Of a stretch of 64,000 nucleotides of DNA, positions 38,640 to 51,990 are shown one piece after another. The stretch comes from Basidiobolus meristosporus CBS 931.73 (lineage: Eukaryota; Fungi; Basidiobolomycota): assembly GCA_002104905.1 (NCBI GenBank), contig MCFE01000401.1, positions 17,304 through 81,303 on the forward strand, in the 5' to 3' direction. How positions within the stretch are numbered: position 1 is the stretch's first letter; each line of letters begins with the position of its first letter. The notes below the pieces were generated by a model. That model was not told the DNA's origin and did no database searches. It saw only the letters and a program-made list of their open reading frames with translations. The position numbers and the translations under genes were made by a program.

Positions 38640-39640
38640 AACTTGATGAGCTGGCATTGCCCTTGGCTGAGTTCAGTGTGAGGCCACTTGTTGATGCAAC
38701 TTGGCCTGCTCCAATGGACTTGTATATAAATGAGCAGTTTGGCAAGTTCTGGTGGTCTTGCTCTAAAGTGCACATGTTGACCTGACATGTGTTGACTCAA
38801 TGCGGGGGTGTTCTTGTCAAGGGTGTTAGCATAGTTTGTACTGGCATGTGCCAGCACACTGAAGTTGCAAGCAATAGTAAGGAATCCAGCAAGATGCGCT
38901 GGTGCCATCCCAATGCTGTTGTTTGTGGGCTGTATTCATCCTCTTGAAGTTCACCTTTGGATTCCCCAGGGTACTCACTTACCCTCTGTCTGATACTTTG
39001 GAACTGCTGCCTGGATGAGTCCTGTGTATATTGCTCTTGGAAGCCACTTAGCTCTACCATTATATCATGTAGTACATTAGTCATTTCAGGCTAAAACTCA
39101 TTCAAAATGTCTTTAGTTCCCAAAGTTGAGGCACAAATGGATGTGTCCAGCCCATACTGAACATATTGCATGCAAAATTGTTCCCATGCAGCTTCCATAC
39201 CAAATCCCCTCACTCTCAGCTTATTCTTGATTTCAACACTTGTCTTGTTGTATATCTTCTTTTATACATCCACTGTCATCTTAATGTGAAGCTCATGCCA
39301 CAGCTTTCTACTCAGGTTCTTCTTTCTCTGTCAACTCTCTGAGGTATCTAGTTCTGCTAGATTAATGAGTAGTGCCCAAATATCTGTATGAAGGCTCATC
39401 ATAGACACTTGGGTCATACTAAAATCATTTGGTAAGAACTCAAATGGAACCAGCATCAATTTCTCCAATCCAGACCGTGCTTTTGGGCTGGGGGATAGGT
39501 TTTTTGTGGGTTGTACTCAAGATTAGTTGCAACTTGGTATAGGGACCATAGTGACAGATTTGGATACTTATACAGTAGTGTATTGGGATCAACCCGGTCT
39601 TATATGATGAATATATGAAAAGTAATGTGATTGCTGAATT
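38640..39640 (-). pseudogene. Second gene of family E; possible Myb/SANT-like partner protein; continues at 32500-32838
   Basis: Read-through translation WALLINLAELD...RKKNLSRKLWHELHIKM...KTSVEIKNKLR...MTNVLHDIMVELSGFQEQY; homologues at 29010-29720 (-) and 8380-8600 (+). The Myb assignment rests on pattern resemblance and on position head-to-head with the nuclease. Confidence 0.55.
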
Positions 39641-39953
39641 TTCCATATATTATACATGATGCATCTTGGATTGCATTGACACAGATTGCATCACATCAGT
39701 TGCAGATCTCCTATTTGATTATTGACTTGTGACTAAAGCATCAATAAAAATACTAAGTCATTGTTTGAGGATGATTTTTGCAACATAATGATGGGATACA
39801 TGGCAATTGATGGAGATTTAATCTTAATGCATAGAAAATCAAACAAATAAAGCCAATTGCACTAAATCAATTCAGATCACCTTGGCATAATCACCAATGC
39901 ATTTTAATATGACTTACTGCTCTGAATGATCTTTTCTTGTCCATCCCATCACT

Positions 39954-42900
39954 ACCACTGGATTTCCTTTTGACACACCAGAAGAGATCTATACCAAGTA
40001 CTGTGGACCATATACCCCAATCTTCTCAAGGAGACCCCTTGTTAAGCTTCTTGGCTATTACAAGAAGTATTGTCCAACAAGGTTTTATCCCACCATCCAG
40101 GGCAACAAAAGTCCTAGAAGCTTTTATTCCCAGCTGACAGAAATGGAGAACCACCTTGCAGAGGGTATGAATGACTTAGAGCAAGCTTGGAATACTAGAT
40201 TCAGAAGCTCCAGTACACTTCCACATCCCAGAGTGTTCAGCAACAGGTTCCATATCCGGACTATCTTGGATACTTTCCCAGTGAGGATTAACAGACCTTC
40301 TAGAGGGCAGAGGTACTTTTATTCTGGCAAGTACAAGGCACACTGTGTGAAGTTTCAAGCTCTGTCTGACATTGAGGGTAACATCATCTGGTTTAGTGAG
40401 CCATTTGCTAGAAGTAGGCATGGCAATGCACCCTGGGTAGAGAATCATTTAGAAATCAGTAGAGGGGGGAAATATATGGCAGACTTAGCTTATATGGGAG
40501 AGGATTGTCAGATTAGGATGCAATACTGCTAATGGGGAGCCAAGGAATGGTGTGCTTAGCAGGAAGCAGAAGCTCTACAATGAGATATATAATCATTTCA
40601 GAGTGAGAGTTGTGTTTTAAGAGTCTTGGAGATATTGGAAGTGATTTGGAGAACAAGTAGATTATGTGGTTTTCACTTAATGATTTATTGAATGTAAAAG
40701 TAGTAATTATACTTTTACCTGGTCTTGGCATTAAAAAAATGTAGAATAGGCTAAGGAAGGTCCCAAGAACATGTGTGCAAAGTTTGGGCTGTTTGGACAA
40801 CTTTGAGAATTTTCATGTTCTGGGTACCTGGTATTTTGGTAAAAATATTCCAAGTAAATCCCAACAAGGAATTTGGTCAGTATTCTCTAGGATTTGAAGG
40901 TAATGATCTAAGTGACTAAGTTAGGTGAATATTTAGGTGGAAATACGAACTTTACAACACTCCCACTCAGCTAAATGTTCATACTGACTAGTCCTATTTT
41001 TGACCTAAGATATTCAAACTTGTCTCTAGCTAATGGTTTGGTAAATATGTTTGCAATCATTTCATCTGTTGGACAGTAAACTAAGCTAACTAAGTTATTC
41101 TCTATAGCTTCTTGTATGAAATGATGTCTGATATCTATGTGCTTGGTTCTAGCATGAAAAGTTGGATTTCTACCTAATTGTATACATCCTTGATTATCTT
41201 GAAATAAAGTAATAGGCATTTTTTGACATAGGCCTAAATCTGTAAGCAGCTTTGTTAACCACATTGCTTCTTTTGTAGCCTCACAGGCTGCCATATACTC
41301 TGCCTCTGTGGTGGAAAGTGCTACGGTTGGTTGCTTTCTTTAATTCCATGATATTGCTCCTTTGCAGTAAAGAAAGGTGTATCCTGTGGTGGATCTTCTG
41401 TCTTCTAAATTTTGTCCCCAATCAGCATCAGAGTATCCCACAAGATCCTGTTCTGAATCCTTATAAGTATATCTTAAGCAGATATCAGCAGTTCCTTTTA
41501 GGTATCTAAAAATCCACTTAACTGCTGCAATATGATCAGATCTATAGTTCTGATTATATTGGCTGATAACTCCCACTGAATATGAGATATCTGGACGTGT
41601 TCCAAGCATGATATACATCAGACTACCGACCATAGATTGATAAGGAAAGTCAGGGCTTTCAGATGGCACCAAGCTCTCTTGATTTGGTTGGGTTTTGACC
41701 AAGTTAAGGTTTGTCTCCATTGGGGTAGCTGCCGGTTTACAGTCTTCCATTTTGTACTTCTTTAGTATATCTTGAATATACTTGGATTGACTTAGGATGA
41801 TAGTCTGGGTACTTCTGTCTATGGAGAACTTAATTCCTAAGTAGTAACTAAGTTCTCCTAGATTGGACATCTTGAACTCCTTAGATAGGCTGGATTTAGT
41901 CTCTTCCAATGTTTCTAGGTTATTGGCAGCTATAATAAGATCATCCACATATAGAGCTAATAGAACTGGATTTCCTCTATCTGGCTTATAGTATATACTA
42001 TAGTCAGCATTACTTCTTTTGAAACTCAAAGATTCCAAATAAGAATCTATCTTGCAATTCCAGGCTCTTGGTGATTGTTTGAGACCATATAGTGACTTTT
42101 TAAGTTTGCAGACCAAATGGGGGTTATCTTGGTCAACAAACCCATCAGGCTGGTCCATATACACGTCCTCATCAAGTTCTCCATTCAAAAATGCAGTTTT
42201 TACATCCATTTGATGAATAAAAAACTTATATTTTGCTGCAATAGCCAAAATTAATCTGATGGAATTAAACTTGGCTACCAGTGCAAAGGTCTCAGTATAG
42301 TCAAGTCCTTTTGTTTGAGAATATCCTTTGGCTACAAGTCTTGCTTTGTATCTCTTAATTGTACCATCAGCCTTGTATTTTGTCTTTAAGACCCATCTGC
42401 ATCCAATTGGTTTTTGGTTGATTAGTAATTTGACTAAGTCCCAAGTTTGATTTTCCATCAGGGCCTGATATTCCTCAGTCATTGCAGATCTCCAAAACTT
42501 TGTCTGAGGGCTATTTAAGGCCTCTTTTACAGTCTAGGGCTCATTAATATGGACTGAATAGGCATAGGCTAAGTTTGTACCCTCATTGATATAGTAATTT
42601 GGGCTATTTCTTGTCCAATTGGATCTCCAGGCATTTGATACTGGAATGATCACTTCTGGGATATTCCTGGGCACTAATTCTGGCTGAACCACGGTTGCAG
42701 AGTTTGCTGGAGTGAAAAAATTTTCATTGTTTTGCTCTGATTCAATCCTGAAAGTTGGTGGACTTGAGATCAAATTTTTGTCATCATCTGATGTCATTTT
42801 TTGTGAAAATTTTGAATTTTCATCAAACAACACATCCCTGGACTTGATCAGCTTCTTTGCTTTGGTATTGTAGAGTCTGTATGTCTTACTCTCATTGCAG

Positions 42901-45340
42901 TAGCCCAAAAATATGCATTTTACACTTTTTGGCTCAAATTTTGACTGATTTCCGGCCAGTTTTTTGGCATATGCTGTACACCCAAATATTCTTAGATGTT
43001 CTGCACTTGGTCTGTACCCATACCATGCTTCAAATGGAGTAGAATCACAAAGTATTTGGTTATAACTCCTATTTTTAAGATATACAGCAGTGGCAACTGA
43101 TTCCACCCAAAAATCATAGGATAATTTTTGATTATGTATAATAGATCTTACCTTATCAATTATTGATCTGCTTACACATTCTGCTACTTCATTTTGCTGT
43201 GGGGAGTATGGTACAGTAGTCTCTTGCTTTATCACATGAATTTTGCAAAAGTGGATGAAGAGTTTTGAGGTATATTCTTCACTATTGTCAGAGCATATTT
43301 TCTCAATTTTATCACCAGTTTCTCTCTCCACCATGGCTTTAAACTCCCTGAACTTAGACAGAGCTTCTTCCTTTCTCTCCATGAAGTAGACCCATGTGTA
43401 TCTTGTATAATCATCAATAATAGTGATTAAATACTTCATCCCAACTAAGGATAAATTTTGCATAGGTCCACACAGATCTGAGTGAATTAGTTCTAATTTT
43501 TTCTTAGTTTTGATTAACCCAGAGCTCTTGAACGGTTGTCTGGCTTGTTTCCCATATATGCAGGCTTCACAGTGCTCCATATTAGCTGGGGGATCAGTTT
43601 TTACTCCAGAAACTAGCTGATCTTTGATCATTTCACGCAAATAATCAAGATTGATGTGTCCAAATCTCCTGTGCCAAAGCATTGGTGTTTCTTCATTTAA
43701 GTTACTTAAACTGGCCTCCAAATATGATGGAATGTAAGTCAACTTGTATAGATTCTGATCTCTGATGCCCAAAGCAATATGCGCACCATCTTGATCAGTG
43801 ATCTTGCATCCGGAATTGTCAGAACTGAAACTGAGTCCTTCTGCTGTGGCCTTGCTTACAGAGAGTAGGTTCTTTGCTATTTCTGGTACCTAGAGTTCTT
43901 CTTTGAAGGTCAGTGTATGTCTTCCTTCATTGTTTCTTAGGTTTACTGGGATAGTTCCTTCTCCCACTGCATCAAGTGTTCTATTGTCACCCATGAAAAC
44001 CTTCTTAATTGGAATTTCTTGATATTGGGTAAAAAGTTCTTTTTGGTGTGTAAAGTGTTGAGAAGCTCCAGAGTCAATATACCATGTCTGAGAATCCTTG
44101 TTTGTGATCATATTTAGTGCAGATATTAATACTCTATCTTCAGTTGTTGTAGCATTTCCATATTCAGGCTTCTTTTGCTGATTATCCTTCTTTTTGAGAT
44201 ACCGGTCTGATATGTGTCCTTTCCTTTTGCAGTAGTTGCAAAATAGGTTGCTGTTGCCTTTGTAGGGTCTTGGGTACCTCCTTTGTTGGCTATCATTGCT
44301 TATTAAAGCATTTTCTTCATCCTTCTTATTGGCGCTTGATTTTCTTAATTTGTCATCCTGGAGCCTTCCATATATGTAATTTAAGGTCAAATCTTCAGTT
44401 CTGGACTCTAGGGCTGATACAAAGCCCTGAGACTTGTCTGTCAGGCTATTCAGGATGGTAACTATCACATCCTCATCAGTAGTTTGTATGCCCACAGATT
44501 CCATCTCATCTACCAGCAGGGTAATTCTGTTAATTAGATTTTTCATTTATTCTCCTGGCAGCATCTTTGTAGTAAAGAATTTTTGTCTCAGATACATTTT
44601 CTTGGCAGCTAAACATGACTGGTAGGTGTCTTCTAATACTTTCCAGGCATTCTTTGCCGCTTTTGCTCTTGAGCATTGAATTAGCAATTTGTCCTTGACA
44701 TTAAGGCAAATGCAGTTAAAGGCACTTTGTTCTTTCTTCTGGTACTTTCAGGCTTCCTCTCCCACATTTTTAGGAGGGCATTCTTCTCCCATGACAATAT
44801 CCTAAAGGGCTCTTTCTTGTATCAGCATCTTCATCTTCACCTTCCACACTTGGTAGTTAGTTCCATCCAACTTTTAAGCGGAGGGAAAAATTCCAGTAAT
44901 AGCAGTAGTAGACATTGCAGAGAGTGACAGCTTGGGGCTCATAACCTGTTGTAAGAGTCTTGGAGAAATTGGAAGTGACTTGGAGAACAAGTAGATTATG
45001 TGGTTTTCACTTAATGATATATGGAATGTAAAAGTAGTGTTTATATTTTTGCCTGGTCTTGGCATTACAAACATATAGAATAGGTGAAGGAAGGTCCCAA
45101 CAACATGTGTGCAAAGCTTGAGGCTGTTTGGACAACTTTGAGAATTTTCATGTTCTGGGTACCTGGTATTTTGGTGAAAATATTCAAAGTAAATCCCAAT
45201 AAGGAATTTGGTCAGTATTCTCTATGATTTAAAGGTAATGACCTAAGTGACTAAGTTAGATGAATATTTAGGTGGAAATACAAATTTTTACAACAAGTTG
45301 AGCATACATTTGGATATCTGAAGAGATTCAGCATATTGGC
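39954..45340 (+). pseudogene. DDE_Tnp_4 transposase of E2, split by Copia-2 #1 (coding parts 39954-40612 and 45301-45340)
   Basis: Open from TTGFPF through LDTFPVRINRP, QRYFYSGKYKAHCVKFQ and MADLAY; after one frameshift RVRV joins EHTFGYLKRFSIL across the TSD. Confidence 0.9.
40613..45295 (-). mobile_element. Ty1/copia retrotransposon, family Copia-2, copy #1
   Basis: LTRs 40613-40959 and 44947-45295, TSD AGTTG, PBS 44935-44946, PPT next to 40960; gag, WYIDSG, integrase, YVDD RT, RNase H; several stops. Confidence 0.97.
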
Positions 45341-45431
45341 TGGGTTAATCAAAACTAAGCAAAATTAGATCTAATTCACTCAGATTGGTATAGAACTATG
45401 CAAAATTTGTCTGTAGGCAGGATGAAGTATT
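45340..45431 (+). pseudogene. Orphan Copia-2 integrase remnant
   Basis: GLIKTK...DLIHSD-like sequence matching 47205-47295, fused to the E2 nuclease through a TGG microhomology. Confidence 0.7.
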
Positions 45432-48400
45432 TGTTGTAAACATTTGTATTTCCACCTAAATATTCCCCTAACTTAGTCACTTAGATCATTACCTTCATAT
45501 CCTGGAGAATACTGACCAAATTCCTTGTCAGGATTTACTTGGAATATTTTCACCAAAATACCAGGTACCCAGAACATGAAAATTCTCAAAGTTATCCAAA
45601 CAACCCCAAGCTTTGCACACATGTTCTTGGGACCTTCCTTAACCCAATCTATGTGTTTGTAGTGCCTAGACCAGGTAAAAGTATAAATACTACTTTTACA
45701 TTCCATAAATCATTAAGTGAAAACCACATAATCTACTTGTTCTCCAAATCACTTCCAATATCTCCAAGACTCTTACAGCAGGTTATGAGCCCCAAGCTGT
45801 CACTCTCTGCAATGTCTACTACTGCTATTACTGGAATTTTTCCCTCCGCTGAAAAGTTGAATGGCTCTAAGTACCAAGTGTGGAAGGTGAAGATGAAGAT
45901 GCTGCTACAAGAAAGAGGCCTTTGGGATATTGTCACGGGAGAAGAATGCCCTCCTAAAAACGTGGGAGAGGAAGCCTTAAAGTACTGGAAGAAAGAATAA
46001 AGTGCCCTTAACTGCATTTGCCTTAATGTCAAGGACAAATTGCTAATTCAATGCTCAAGAGCAAAAACGGCAAAGAATGCCTGGAAAGCATTAGAAGACA
46101 CCTACCAGTCATGTTCAGCTGCCAAGAAAATGTATCTGAGACAAAAATTCTTTACTACAAAGATGCTGCCAGGAGAATAAATGAAAAATCTAATTAACAG
46201 AATTACCCTGCTGGTAGATGAGATGGAATCTGTGCGCATACAAACTACTGATGAGGATGTGATAGTTACCATCCTGAATAGTCTGACTGACAGGTTTCAG
46301 GGCCTTGTATCAGCCTTAGAGTCCAGAAGTGAAGATTTGAGCTTAAATTACGTATATGGAATGCTCCTGGATGAAGAATTAAGAAAATCAAGCACCAATA
46401 AGAAGGAAGAAGAAAATGCTTTAATAAGCAATGATAGCCAACAAAGGAGGTACCCAAGACCCTACAAAGGCAACAGCAACCTATTTTGCAACTACTGCAA
46501 AAGGAAAGGACACACATCTGACCAGTATCTCAAAAAGAATGATAATCAGCAAAAGAAGCCTGAATATGGAAATGCTACAACAACTGAAGATAGAGTATTA
46601 ATATCTGCACAAAATATGACCACAAACAAGGATTCTCAGACACCGTATATTGACTCTGGAGCATCTCAATACTTAGCACACCAAAAAGAACTTTTTACCT
46701 AATATCAAGAAATTCCAACTAAGAAGGTTTTCATGGGTGATGATAGAACACTTGATGCAGTGGGAGAAGGAACTATCCTGGTAAACCTAAGAAGCAGTGA
46801 TGAAAGCCATACACTGACTTTCAAAGAAGTACTCTATGCACCAGAAATAGCCAAGAACCTACTATCTGTAAGCAAGGCCACTGCAGAAGGACTCAGTTTC
46901 AGCTTTGACAATGCTGGATGCAAGATCACTGATCAAAATGGTGCCCATATTGCTTTGGGTATCACAGATCAGAATCTATATAAGTTGACTTATATTCCAT
47001 CATATTTAGAGGTCAGTTTAAGTAACTTATATGAAGAAACACCAATGCTTTGGCACAGGAGATTTGGACACATCAATCTTGATTATTTGTGTAAAATGAT
47101 CAAAGATCAGCTAATTTCTGGAGTAAAAACTGATCCCCCAGGTAATTTGGAGCACTGTGAAGCCTGCATATATGGGAAACTAGCCAGACAGCTGTTCAAG
47201 AGCTCTGGGTTAATCAAAACTAAGAAAAAATCAGATCTAATTCACCCAGATCTGTGTGGACCTACGCAAAATTTATCCTTAGGCAGGATGAAGTATTTAA
47301 TCACTATTATTGATGATTATACAAGATACACATGGGTCTACTTCATGGAGAGAAAGGAAGAAGCTCTGTCTAAGTTCAGGGAGTTTAAAGCCATGGTGGA
47401 GAGAGAAACTGGTGATAAAATTGAGAAAATATGCTCTGACAATAGTGAAGAATATACCTCAAAACTCTTCATCCACTTCTGCAAAATTCATGTGATAAAG
47501 CAAGAGACTACTCTACCATACTCCCCATAGCAAAATGAAGTAGCAGAATGTGTAAGCAGATCAATAATTGATAAGGCAAGATCTATTATCCATGATCAAA
47601 AATTATGCTATGATTTTTGGGTGGAATCAGTTTCCATAGCTATACACCTTAAAAATAGGAGCTATAACCAAATACTGTGTGATTATACTCCATTTGAATC
47701 TTGGTATAGATACAGACCAAGTGCAGAACATCTAAGAATATTGTACAGCATATTCCATGAACCTGCCCAGATATCAATCAAGATTTGTGCCAAAAGTGAA
47801 AAATGCATATTTTTGGGCTACTGCAATTAGAGTGAAGCATACAAACTTTACAATACCAAAGCAAAAAAGCTGCTCAAGTCCAGGGATGTATTGTTTGATG
47901 AAAACTCAAAGTCTTCTCCAAAAATTACATCAGGCATTGATGAAATTTGAACTCTAGTCCACCAATACTCAGGATTGAATCTGAGCAAAACAATGAAAGC
48001 TTTGTCACTCCAGAGGACCCTGCAACCATAGTTCAGCCTGAATCAGTGCCCAGGAACATCCCAGAAGTGTTCATTCCAGTATTAAATGCCAGAAGAACCA
48101 ACCAGACAAGTAATAGCCCGGATTACTATATTAATGAGGGTACAAACTTAGCCTATGCCTATTCAGTCCATATTGATGAGCCCTAGACTCTAAAAGAGGC
48201 CCTAAATAGCCTCAGACAAAGTATTGGAGATCTGCAATGACTGAGGAATATCAGGCTCTGATGGAAAGCAAACTTGGGACTAAGTCAAGTTACCAATCAA
48301 CCAACAATCAGTTGGATGCAGATGGGTCTTTAAGACAAAATGCAAGGCTGATGGTACAACTGAAAGATACAAAATAAAACTTATGGCCAAAGGATACTAA

Positions 48401-49931
48401 TAAAAAAAAGGACTTGACTATACTGAGACCTTTGCACTGGTAGCCAAGTTTAATTACATCAGATTGATATTGGCTATTGCACCCAAATATAAGCTTTTTA
48501 TACATCAAATGAATGCAAAAACTGCATTTTTTAGTGGAGAACTTGATCAGGACATGAATATGTGTCAGCCTGATGGGTTTGTTGACCAAGATGACCCCCA
48601 TTTGGTCGGCAAGCTAAAAAAAATATCTATATGGTCTCAATCAATTACCAACAGCCTGGATTTGCAAGATAGTGTTGTGAGAGTCTTGGAGATATTGGAA
48701 GTGATTGGGAGAACAAGTAGATTATGTGGTTTTCACTTAATGATTTATTGAATGTAAAAGTAGTATTTATACTTTTACCTGATCTTGGCATTACAAACAT
48801 GTAGAATAGGTTAAGGAAGGTCCCAAGAACATGTGTGCAAAGCTTGGGGCTGTTTGGACAACTTTGAGAATTTTCATGTTCTGGGTACCTGGTATTTTGG
48901 TGAAAATATTCCAAGTAAATCCTGACAAGGAATTTGGTCAGTATTCTTTAGGATTTGAAGGTAATGATCTAAGTGACCAAGTTAGGTAAATATTTAGGTG
49001 GAAATACAAATTTTTACAACAGATAGATTTTTATATGGAATCTTTGAGTTTCAAAAGGGGTAATGCTGACTATTGTATATACTATAAGCCAGATAGAGCA
49101 AATCCAGCTCTATTAGCTTTATATGTGGACAATCTTATTATAGCTACCAATAACCAAGAAATTTTAGAAGAGACTAAATCCAGTCTATATAAAAAGTTCA
49201 AGATGTTCAATCTAGGAGAACTCAGTTACTACTTAGGGATAAAGCTCCCCATAAACAGAAGTACCCAGACTGTCACCCAAAGCCAATCCAAGTATATTCA
49301 AGATATACTGAAGTAGTATCAAGTGGAAGACTGTTAACTGGCATCTACCCCAATGGAGACAAACCTTGACTTGGTCAAAACTCAACCAAATCAAGGATTT
49401 TGAATAGGATCTTGTGGGATACTCTGATGCTGATTGGGGACAAAATTTAGAAGACAGAAGATCCACCACAGGATACACCTTTCTTTATTGTCAAGGAGCA
49501 ATTTCATGGAACTCAAGAAAGCAACCAGCCATAGGCCTTTCTACCACAGAGGAAGAGTAAATGACAGCCTGTGATGCTACAACAGAAGCAATGTGGCCAA
49601 GAAAGCTGTTTTCAGATTTAGGCCTACTTTGAAAAAGGCCTATTACTTTATTTCAAGATAATCAAGGATGTATACAATTTGGCAGAAATCCAACTTTTCA
49701 TGCTAAAACTAAGCACATAGATATTAGACATCATTTCATATGTAAACCTATAGAATTGCTTAGTTAGCTTAGTTTACTCTCCTTCAGACAAAATGATTGC
49801 AGACATATTTACCAGACCATTAACTAGAAAAAGTATAAACACTACTTTTACATTCAACAAATCATTAAGTGAAAGCCATATAATCTACTTGTCCTGCCAA
49901 TAACTTCCAATATCTCCAAGACTCTTACAAA
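45432..49931 (+). mobile_element. Copia-2 copy #2; heavily decayed, 3' LTR truncated
   Basis: 5' LTR 45432-45780, PBS 45781-45792, partial 3' LTR ~49829-49931 fused to the RNase H end; no matching TSD. Confidence 0.93.
48673..49021 (-). repeat. Solo Copia-2 LTR nested in the RT of copy #2
   Basis: TGTTG...CAACA, TSD GATAG (48668-48672, 49022-49026). Confidence 0.95.
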
Positions 49932-51065
49932 TAGAATGTCATACAATTCATGTCAAAAGACCACTTCAACACTGTCAAGTATTAAACTTCATTTGGCAGT
50001 AGATTCAGTACAATGCTGTTGCAATCCTGACATAAGATTATATAGGGTGCCAATAATTCCAAGCTGTCAGCACTATGACAGCCTCATTGCAGGATCCTGA
50101 TGGTTGATCTGAATTGGATCCACCAGCTGGAGCAAATTATTTGTTGTAGGGATTTTCCATACTAGCTGTAGGCTGCCATACTGCTGTTATAGGGCCAACA
50201 GATGCCTGTATCAAGGCTGACAAAATAACATCCAGTTTTTTCCATATATGACAATTGGATGTACTGGCTGGTTGGGTCTGCTCAAACAAGTATAGGCTGC
50301 TATAGAATTGTAAGAATGCTATCAATATCCTGTTAAAGGACTGCATTAACACTGTTAAGTTTATTTACAAACTGAGTGTTGTAAGAATTTGTAATTCCAC
50401 CTAAATATTCACCTAACTTAGTCACTTAGATCATTACCTTCAAATCCTAGAGAATACTGACCAAAATCCTTGTTGGGGTTCACTTAGAATAGTTTCACCA
50501 AAATACTAGGTACCCAGACCATGTAAAATCTCAAAGTTCTCCAAACAGCCCCAAACTTTGCACACATGTTCTTGGGACCTTCCAAACCTATTCTATGTAC
50601 TTTGTATGCCAAGACCATGTAAAAGTATAAATACTACTTTTATATTCAATTGTTTATTGAGTGAAAACCACATAATCTACTTGTTCTCCTAGTTACTTCC
50701 AATATCTCCAAGACTCTTGCAACACTGAGAGGTAGCTCTAAAACAAATAATTTGGTCCCACAAGGAGGCTGTCATAATGCCAGCAGCTTGGAATTGACAC
50801 CTTCTACACAATATTATGATAGGATTTAATGGCACATTGCTGATTTTACTCCCAAATAAAGTTAAGAACTTGACAGCTCTTAAGTGGTCTTTTGACAAAA
50901 GTTGCATGGTATTGTAATGGTCTTCATGCACTCTACATGTATTTGAGCAGATCTAGCCAGCCTATACATCCAATTGCCTAATAGGGCAAGAACTTGATGG
51001 TATTCTAGCAGCCTCATTGTAGACCTCTTCTGGCATTATAATGACAGTACAGTGACCTACAGCTA
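49932..51065. mobile_element. Cluster of three family-D-like right subterminal segments in both orientations
   Basis: Similar to 20250-20620 and 38240-38631; TIR-like AAATTATTTGTTGTAGGG ending 50151 and CTCTAAAACAAATAATTT from 50736. Confidence 0.65.
50377..50724 (+). repeat. Solo Copia-2 LTR
   Basis: TSD CTGAG (50372-50376, 50725-50729). Confidence 0.95.
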
Positions 51066-51197
51066 GTCGTGTAAAGCATATCAGGTGTTAAATGATTTAT
51101 TACCCAAGAGTAGTAGCTATTTCTATACCTTGGAAATATGTTAGGAAGATAAGCCCATATTGCAAGTGGCTTTAGATGGCCACCCAAATATAAGAGC

Positions 51198-51543
51198 TGT
51201 TGTCAGAGTTTTGGAGATATTGGAAATGATTGGGAGAACAAGTAGACTATGTAGTTTTAACTTAACAAACAATTGAATGTAAAAGTAGTATTTTACTTTT
51301 ACATGCTATTGCATAAAAACATGTAGAATAGGCTTAGAAAGGTCCCTAGAGCTTGTGTGCAAAGTTTGGGGCTGTTTGAACAACTTATCAAATTCTCATG
51401 TGCTGGGTACCTGATGTTTTGGAGAAAATATTCTAAGTAAATCCCAACAAGGATCTTGGTCAGTATTCTCTAGGGTCTGGAGGTATTGATCTAAGTGACT
51501 AAGTTAGGTGAATATTTAGGTGGAATCACAAATTTTTCCAACA
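51198..51543 (-). repeat. Solo Copia-2 LTR
   Basis: TSD AGAGC (51193-51197, 51544-51548). Confidence 0.95.
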
Positions 51544-51990
51544 AGAGCAAGGTTTGTATTTTCTTGAACAATTATAAGGACCATATTATAGATATTTGAT
51601 AATTGGGCAAGATATTCCTGGAAAATCACAAAAAAGAGATTGGGCAGAAAACAAAAACCATATTGACCGGCTAATTGTATATATTAGGTAGGAAGTCTAC
51701 CATTGGATAGATTCTCCTGTACCATAGCCAAGTGACTTATGGCAGCTCAAATAAGTAATTGTAAGTGATACCTTGATGGAGCACATGTACTAGATGCCAC
51801 CAAGGAGATGTGATTGTGAAAGAATTTGGAAGCAATAGGCAATATAAGATATGGGAATAATCAGAATAACACCCCTTGACCAGCAACTGCAATATCCCAC
51901 ACAAGAGGTGAGTGATTCTATACAAAGTGTCATCCTACGGAAGCCATGGGGGAGTGTCATTTCTCTATGATATTGTTGAAGTGAGGAAGG

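Larger units (their letters stand above)
31762..45340 (+). mobile_element. Family E copy E2; left terminus intact, interrupted by element DC and by Copia-2 #1
   Basis: Starts GACTTGTTCC after host TA; segments 31762-32838, 38635-40612 and 45296-45340 join through TSDs GCA and AGTTG. Confidence 0.85.
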
